Part shown: positions 28,741-34,468 of the stretch, one piece after another
Numbering within the stretch: position 1 is the first letter of the stretch
Layout: each line of letters starts with the position of its first letter
DNA from: Myxococcota bacterium
GTDB taxonomy: Bacteria > Myxococcota > JACRCW01
Assembly: GCA_040752415.1 (NCBI GenBank)
Contig: JBFMGU010000108.1
Span: 1 to 34,468 of the forward strand
Length of the DNA: 34,468 nt
Reading direction: 5' to 3'
Notes under the pieces: model-generated
Seen by the model: only the letters and a program-made list of their open reading frames with translations
The model's database searches: none
What the model was told of the DNA's origin: nothing
Made by a program: the position numbers and the translations under genes

Positions 28741-30227
28741 GGCAGCACCACCCGCGTGTAGCCAGCCGGGTCCATGAGCTGCTCCGCGGCGTGCAGGCTC
28801 AACGTCATCAACGGCTGCGCCCCCAGGCCCGCCAGCACCGTGAGCAGCGCCAGCACGGTGGCCGGGCCCATCATGAGCCAGCGCTCCGAGGTCGATTCAG
28901 GAACGGGTGTCCGGCCCGTCGGCGGCGCCGCCTTCCAGAACACCTCGTTCCAGATCTTGGTCATGGAGACCAACGTCAGCAGGCCCACCACCAGGGCCAC
29001 CGCCACCAGCGTGTATTCGCCGCGCGCCAGGCCCTCGCGCGCCAGACCCAGCTTGGCAAAGAAGCCGGAGAGCGGCGGCACCCCTGCCAGGGAGAGCGCG
29101 GGCACCAGGAAGAGCACCGCCAATGCCGGTCGCGCCTGCGCCAGTCCGCCCACCTCCTTGAGCGCCTCGCTCCCGCACGCCCGCTGCACCAGGCCGGCCA
29201 CCAGGAACAGGTTGGTCTTCACCATGATGTGGTGCACCACGTAGAAGATGGTGGCGGCCAGTGCCGTCTTGGTGAACAGGCCCAGGCCCATCACCATGTA
29301 GCCAATCTGGCTGACGATGTGGAACGAGAGGATCCGTCGCATGCCGTGCTGCGCCACCGCGCCCAGCACGCCGGTGATCATCGTCAGCGCCGCGAGCACG
29401 AGGATGACCCGGTGCGTGAAGCCGGGCTCGTGGATGAACACCAGCGTGAACATGCGCAGCAGCGCGTAGACCCCCACCTTGGTCAACAACCCCGCAAACA
29501 CCGCCGACACCGCCGACGCGGGCGTGTGATACGAGGCCGGCAACCAGAAGAAGAGCGGGAACACCGCCGCCTTGATGCCAAAGGCCACCAGCAACAGCAT
29601 GCCCACCGCGGTGGTCATCGGTGGGCTGTCGTCCACGGGGAGCTTGCGCGCCAGGTCCGCCAGGTTGAGCGTGCCGGTCATCCCGTAGAGCAGCCCCACG
29701 CCGCACAGGAAGAACGTGGAGGCCAGCAGGTTCAGCACCACGTACTTCACCGCGCCCTGGAGCTGCGCCGGGCGCCCGCCCAACGCCAACAGGACGAACG
29801 ACGCCATCAGCATGACCTCGAACCACACGTACAGGTTGAAGAGGTCCCCGGTGAGAAACGCGCCGCACACGCCCATCACCAGGATCTGCAGCAGCGGGTA
29901 GTACCCGAATGACTCCACCGACGGGTCCACGCTCCCCAGCGAGTAGACCGTCACCGCCAGGCTGATGAGCGCGGTCACCGCCACCATGGTGGCGCTGAGC
30001 AGGTCCACTACCAACGTGATGCCCAGCGGCGCGGGCCAGCTCCCCACCTGCATTACCAGGTGGCCCTCCTCCCAGGTCCGCCACAGCAAGAGCCCCGCCG
30101 CCACCGCCAGGAGCAGCGCGCCCACCAGCCCCAACACGCGCTGTTCCCTCCGACGACGCCACGCGGCCAGCGAAAGCGACGCCGCGGCCAACGGGATCAC
30201 CAGCGGGAGGACGGGCAACATGCTCAC
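28737..30227 (-). CDS. mrpD: Mrp Na+/H+ antiporter subunit D
   Basis: WPAPLGITLVVD, GDLFNLYVWFEVML, IKAAVFPLFFWLP, LLTKVGVYA, GVPPLSGFFAK. Confidence 0.95.
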   Translation of the reverse strand: MSMLPVLPLVIPLAAASLSLAAWRRRREQRVLGLVGALLLAVAAGLLLWRTWEEGHLVMQVGSWPAPLGITLVVDLLSATMVAVTALISLAVTVYSLGSVDPSVESFGYYPLLQILVMGVCGAFLTGDLFNLYVWFEVMLMASFVLLALGGRPAQLQGAVKYVVLNLLASTFFLCGVGLLYGMTGTLNLADLARKLPVDDSPPMTTAVGMLLLVAFGIKAAVFPLFFWLPASYHTPASAVSAVFAGLLTKVGVYALLRMFTLVFIHEPGFTHRVILVLAALTMITGVLGAVAQHGMRRILSFHIVSQIGYMVMGLGLFTKTALAATIFYVVHHIMVKTNLFLVAGLVQRACGSEALKEVGGLAQARPALAVLFLVPALSLAGVPPLSGFFAKLGLAREGLARGEYTLVAVALVVGLLTLVSMTKIWNEVFWKAAPPTGRTPVPESTSERWLMMGPATVLALLTVLAGLGAQPLMTLSLHAAEQLMDPAGYTRVVLP

Positions 30228-30571
30228 GGCTCATCCACCTCCCGGACGCCCAGCTCCTCCGAGCCCACCGCGAGGTACGCGCGCTGGATGAGCACCACCG
30301 CGAACGCCAGCACGCCCAGGCTGATCACAATCGCCGTCAGGATGAGCGCTTGCGGCAGCGGGTCCGCGTGGGGAGCGGGTGGCAGCGCGGCGCCGTGCGG
30401 AACCAGGGGGGCCTGGCCGCGGACCAGCGCGGGCGTGCTGAAGATGAGCAGGTTGGCCGCGTGGCTCAGCAGGGAGATCCCCACCACCACCTTCACCGTG
30501 TTCCGACGAAGCAGCAGGTACACGCCCGCGGCAAACAACCCACCCACCATCAACGCCATCAGCTCGCGCAT
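30224..30571 (-). CDS. mrpC: Mrp Na+/H+ antiporter subunit C
   Basis: GVYLLL, LLSHAANL, DPLPQALILTAIVI. Confidence 0.95.
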   Translation of the reverse strand: MRELMALMVGGLFAAGVYLLLRRNTVKVVVGISLLSHAANLLIFSTPALVRGQAPLVPHGAALPPAPHADPLPQALILTAIVISLGVLAFAVVLIQRAYLAVGSEELGVREVDEP

Positions 30572-30572
30572 T

Positions 30573-30983
30573 TCAGTCCTCCATCAACGTCATGACGATC
30601 AGCAGCGTCACGCCCACCACCACCAGGTACACCCCCAGGTCGAAGAGCATGGGCGTGCCCAGCTCCACCGCGCCCAGGCCGGGCACCCGCACCGTGGTCC
30701 ATTGGCTGGTGAGGAACGCCCTCCCCCGGAAGAGCGCCAGCATTCCACTGGCCAGGGCGGTGAGCAGGCCGGCGCCCAGCAGACGTCGCGCGCTGACCCG
30801 CACCAGGCGGTGCGTATGGGCCACGTCAAACGCCAACGCGTGCAGCGCAAACCCCGCCGAGGCCACCAGCCCGCCGGCAAAGCCGCCACCGGGATGGTGA
30901 TGACCACGCAACAGCAACACCACCGAGTAGAGCAACAGCAGCGGCAGCACGAAGCGCGTGGCCGCGCGCAGGATGACGTTCAT
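30573..30983 (-). CDS. mrpB: Mrp Na+/H+ antiporter subunit B
   Basis: [24 protein letters not shown]. Start ATG 30983 (ATGA overlap with mrpA). Confidence 0.93.
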   Translation of the reverse strand: MNVILRAATRFVLPLLLLYSVVLLLRGHHHPGGGFAGGLVASAGFALHALAFDVAHTHRLVRVSARRLLGAGLLTALASGMLALFRGRAFLTSQWTTVRVPGLGAVELGTPMLFDLGVYLVVVGVTLLIVMTLMED

Positions 30984-33280
30984 GCTCGCCCCGGCATGCG
31001 CGTGCGCAGCTTCACCAGCCCGTGCACTCCCACCGCCGCCAGCGCCAACACGGTGATCTCCCCCAGCGTGTCCAACGCGCGGAAATCCACCAGGATGACG
31101 TTCACCACGTTGCGCCCGTGGGCCTCGGGGACGCTGCGCGCCACCATCCCGCTCGAGATGGCGGGCGCCACCTGGATCCGCTGCGCGGCCAGCAGCAGCA
31201 CCGCCACCACACCACCCAGCGCCAGCGAGATGGCCACGTCGCGCAGGCGGGAGGCCAGGCTGGTGAGCTTGTGGAATCCCGGCAGCCGACGGAACGCCAG
31301 CAGCAGCATGATGACCGTCAGGATGTCCACCAGCACCTGCGTGATGCCCAGGTCGGGCGCGCCAAAGAACGTGAACAGCAGCGACGCCGCAAGTCCCACC
31401 ACCGCCAGGCTGGCGAGCGCGGATTGCCGCGACGTGGTGGTGGCCGCGAACACCGCCCCGGACAGCAGCAACAGCGACGTGACCACCTCGTGCGGGAGCA
31501 GCGGGCGGGAGACCGTGAGCGGAGGAGCCGAGACGCGCGTGAGGGCGGCCCCGCCCACCAGCCCCACCGCCGCCAACGCGGTGAGGAACACGTACGAGCG
31601 CAGTCGCCCCGTCTGCAGTGCACGGGTCTGCGTCCGCGCAAGCCAGAACACGCCACGCAGCGCCAGCGGATACCAGCCACCCGGTCCCCACTTCGCCATG
31701 CCGCCCCAGCGCGCCCGCAGATCCCTCAGCGCAGGCACCTGCCGCCACACCAGGACCCCACCCGCCACCGTGGCGACGCTGAGCGCCAGCGTGGAGGTGA
31801 ACCCGTGCCACAACTCCAGCGGTGCGGGCTCAACGTGCGGCCCCACGTTGCGCAGCGCGGGCAGGACCCAGGGCTCCACCAACATGCCGGGCAGCGCGCC
31901 GGCCGCCAGCCCTCCTGCCGCCGGAACCAGCGCGGTGAGCCACAACGCCGGGGAAGCGTCATGCGGCGCGTGCGCGGTGGGACCGGAGCGGCCGAAGAAG
32001 GGGTCCACCACCACCACCAGTGCCGCCGCCACGTCGAACATCTTGGCCGCCGCCACCACCGTCACCAGCAGTCCCCACCAGGGCGCGCGCAGCACCGCAT
32101 CCAGCAACGACTCCTTGCCCAGGAAGCCCAGCAGCGGCGGTACGCCGACCATGGAGAGCCCCGCCGTCACCGCCACCAGCGTGGTGCGTGGCATGAATGC
32201 GCGCAGGCCACCCAGCTCCCGTGCGTCACGGCTGCCGGCCCCGTGGTCCACCATGCCCACCACGAGGAACAACGCGCCCTTGTAGAGAGCGTGCGCCAGC
32301 AGGAGGACCAGCGCGGCCTGTGTGGCGGCGGCGTGGGGGATGCCCAGCAGCATGGTGAGCGCACCCAGCGCGCTGATCGTGGAGCTCGCGAGCAGTCGCT
32401 TGAGGTCATGCTGCGCCGGCGCCACCAGCGCCCCGGTCAACATCGTGGCCGCGCCCACCGTGGTCAGCGTTGCGCTCCATTCCGTGGTGCCACCCAGGAC
32501 CGGCGTGAGCCGCGCCAACAGGTAGATGCCGGCGTTCACCATGGTGGCGGAGTGGAGGTAGGCGCTCACCGGCGTGGGAGCCGCCATGGCGCTGAGCAGC
32601 CAGCGGTGGAAGGGCACCTGCGCCGACTTGCTCAACGCGCCCACCACCACCAGCAGCATGAACGCGAGGTACCGCGGGTGCGCTCGGACCAGCTCGCCGC
32701 GGGTGCGCAGGGTCGAGAGCTCGGAGGTGTCCGCGGCCTCGCCCAGCAGCAGCAGGCCCGCCAGCATGGCCAGGCCGCCCAGCGTGGTGATGAGCAGCGC
32801 CTCCTGCGCGCCCGCGCGTGCCTCCTCCCTCTCGTGGTCAAAGCCGATGAGCAGGAAGCTGCTGATGGTGGTGAGCTCCCAGAAGACGAAGAGTCCCAGC
32901 GCGTTGTCGGCGAGCACCACGCCCAACATCGACGCCATGAAGAGCAGCAGCAGCGCGTAGAAGCGGCCCGCGCCGCGGTGGTGGCCCAGGTAGTCGTTGG
33001 AGAAGGCCAGCACCACCGCGCCCATTCCCGTCACGAGCAGCGTGAAGAGCAGCGCCAGTCCGTCGAGATGGAACGAGAGCTGGACGCCGAGCGCGGGCAC
33101 CCAATCATGGCGCTCGGAGACCGACCCGCCCGCGGTCACCGTTGGGAGGAAGCGCGCGAAGTGGAGCGTGAGCCCGACGGGGAGCAGCGCGAGCAGCAGG
33201 CCCGCCGTCCTCGGCGCCAACCGGTGGACGCCTGGCGCGAGAACGGCGAGCGCCAGGACGGAAACCACCGGGATGAGCAT
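30980..33280 (-). CDS. mrpA: Mrp Na+/H+ antiporter subunit A
   Basis: [72 protein letters not shown] 33280 follows AAGGAGG. Confidence 0.95.
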   Translation of the reverse strand: MLIPVVSVLALAVLAPGVHRLAPRTAGLLLALLPVGLTLHFARFLPTVTAGGSVSERHDWVPALGVQLSFHLDGLALLFTLLVTGMGAVVLAFSNDYLGHHRGAGRFYALLLLFMASMLGVVLADNALGLFVFWELTTISSFLLIGFDHEREEARAGAQEALLITTLGGLAMLAGLLLLGEAADTSELSTLRTRGELVRAHPRYLAFMLLVVVGALSKSAQVPFHRWLLSAMAAPTPVSAYLHSATMVNAGIYLLARLTPVLGGTTEWSATLTTVGAATMLTGALVAPAQHDLKRLLASSTISALGALTMLLGIPHAAATQAALVLLLAHALYKGALFLVVGMVDHGAGSRDARELGGLRAFMPRTTLVAVTAGLSMVGVPPLLGFLGKESLLDAVLRAPWWGLLVTVVAAAKMFDVAAALVVVVDPFFGRSGPTAHAPHDASPALWLTALVPAAGGLAAGALPGMLVEPWVLPALRNVGPHVEPAPLELWHGFTSTLALSVATVAGGVLVWRQVPALRDLRARWGGMAKWGPGGWYPLALRGVFWLARTQTRALQTGRLRSYVFLTALAAVGLVGGAALTRVSAPPLTVSRPLLPHEVVTSLLLLSGAVFAATTTSRQSALASLAVVGLAASLLFTFFGAPDLGITQVLVDILTVIMLLLAFRRLPGFHKLTSLASRLRDVAISLALGGVVAVLLLAAQRIQVAPAISSGMVARSVPEAHGRNVVNVILVDFRALDTLGEITVLALAAVGVHGLVKLRTRMPGRA

Positions 33281-33553
33281 TCGGTCCTCCTTGCCGCGTA
33301 CGGGAACAGTGTGGCTCCCAAGGCGCATCCCTCCTTGTGCTTCCAGTGCTCGGATGGGGTCCTCGGCGAGGCCGAGCCGCGTCATGCCAATGGCCTTCCC
33401 AACACCTGGACCACTGTCATGCCTCTTGCCCAAGCAAGGGCGTTCGCGAGGAGCGCAGAGGTCTGGCCGGGTTTTGAGTCCGTGTGGGTCGGGTGTTACA
33501 CGCCGCGTCGTTGCGGCATGGTGTCCGCACACGGTGGCTGGAGGACCGTAGCC

Positions 33554-34150
33554 ATGCGCGCAATCACTGGCATCTCTGATCACTACGGTCGAGCCGAATT
33601 TGTCACCCTGGGTGTCGAAGCCAAGCGTCCCGTCATACGCGCGCGCCAACGCTACGAATTGCTCGACCCCGACCTCCCGTGCGCCCCCTATCATCACGAA
33701 GCATTGGTCATGCCTCTCGAAGCGGTGAGACCGATCATCGCGCGCACCCGGGCGTCCGTGGAGAAACACTGCCGCGCCGCACTTTCCGACGTGAAATCAA
33801 CCCACGCCATCGACGCCATCGTCCTGCCGGAGAGCCCGTTCCAGCGTCTGCCCGACGATCTTGCGGAGATACTCGCGTCGCGCGCGATCACCCTGGCCGC
33901 GGACGGAATGTTGTACCGGGAAATGCTCGCCAGCGTCGCCGCGGAGCTCGGGTTGCGCGTGTTCCGTTACCCACGCCGCTCCGACGAGATCGCGGAAGCG
34001 GCGAAGCTGCTCGGCACCACACCGGCGGCGATCGTGGCGTTGCTGAAGTCGTTCGGCCGGGAGGTCGGCGCGCCGTGGCGCAAGGAGCACCAGGTTGCCG
34101 CGGCGAGTGCGCTGCGGGTCCTGGCGTCGGAGGGGGTGATTCGGTTGTAG
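33554..34150 (+). CDS. Hypothetical protein (198 aa), function unknown
   Basis: RBS GGAGG then ATG 33554. Globular-looking sequence with GISDHYG, PYHHE, ADGMLYRE and GAPWRKEH motifs; it is the 3' part of the spurious 31022-34150 ORF. Confidence 0.8.
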   Translation: MRAITGISDHYGRAEFVTLGVEAKRPVIRARQRYELLDPDLPCAPYHHEALVMPLEAVRPIIARTRASVEKHCRAALSDVKSTHAIDAIVLPESPFQRLPDDLAEILASRAITLAADGMLYREMLASVAAELGLRVFRYPRRSDEIAEAAKLLGTTPAAIVALLKSFGREVGAPWRKEHQVAAASALRVLASEGVIRL

Positions 34151-34170
34151 GTGCAGTTAGCTGCGCGCGA

Positions 34171-34304
34171 GGCAACGCCCTTGCTCCCGCCAATGAGATT
34201 GGGCGCGGCCCTTTTGGGGCGACGCCCTGGGCTCCCTGCCAATCTCATTGGGCGCGGCTCTCTTGGGACGACGCCCTGGGCTCCCTGCCAATGAGATTGG
34301 CAGG
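34171..34304. repeat. 49-bp tandem repeat (~2.7 copies) with palindromic CCAAT-N3-ATTGG core
   Basis: ccaatGAGattgg at 34190, ccaatCTCattgg at 34239 and ccaatGAGattgg at 34288; near-identical linkers gcgcggc...gacgccctgggctccctg. Confidence 0.9.
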
Positions 34305-34468
34305 CAACAAAACGACAAGTCCTGCTCACCACGAGACCAAAGGACCCGTTTCGCAGGCATCATAGGGAGGTGACGTCCGCCCTGCCGATTCGCCGCATGT
34401 TTGGCTGGACCTGTGCAGCCATGTTGATCTTCGACGTGGGCACAGGCGGAGAATTGAGGTGGCGTCTA

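Noticed and set aside
33381..33423. Direct repeat gtcatgcc (35 bp apart) upstream of mrpA
   Set aside because: Only 8 bp and two copies; not distinguishable from chance.
31022..33553. N-terminal ~840 aa of the 1042-aa ORF 31022-34150
   Set aside because: Antisense to mrpA; only the part from ATG 33554, which has an RBS, looks like a real gene.
34148..34170. Integron attC-like GTTAG after the hypothetical gene
   Set aside because: Not GTTRRRY, no matching RYYYAAC arm, and no integrase in the window.
34171..34304. Possible mini-CRISPR array
   Set aside because: The segments between the palindromes are near-identical rather than unique spacers, and no cas genes are in the window.
34358..34468. 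Possible gene fragment at the window end (open frames on both strands)
   Set aside because: Too short, no recognisable motif, and strand cannot be decided.

Overview
High-GC (~70%) DNA from a Myxococcota-like bacterium; the lineage is inferred from a CglD-like lipoprotein, a MYXO-CTERM tail and DAA/Ser-rich linkers. (1) 1-8.7 kb: a tightly packed minus-strand run of a 1468-aa CglD-like integrin-like lipoprotein, rpe, a small lipoprotein, pyrimidine-nucleoside phosphorylase and a second lipoprotein, divergent from an RluA-family pseudouridine synthase. (2) 8.75-9.4 kb: a secreted temptin-like protein with a CxxCH haem motif and a MYXO-CTERM tail. (3) ~9.6-33.3 kb: an apparent salt/alkali/osmotic-stress cluster with DUF2071, an SFPASDPP microprotein, three histidine kinases, a sigma54 activator, a stand-alone receiver, a metallophosphoesterase lipoprotein, fused OtsAB, DUF389, an SDR, a CPA2 antiporter, a USP and mrpABCDEFG. 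Its intergenic DNA shows a repeated architecture of sigma54 -24/-12 boxes lying ~30 bp from a paired 13-bp motif. (4) 33.3-34.5 kb: a hypothetical gene between 12-bp inverted repeats, then a 49-bp tandem repeat whose palindromic core is flipped in the middle copy. No rRNA, tRNA, CRISPR array, integrase or transposase was seen. All family calls come from motifs read by eye; no database searches were run.
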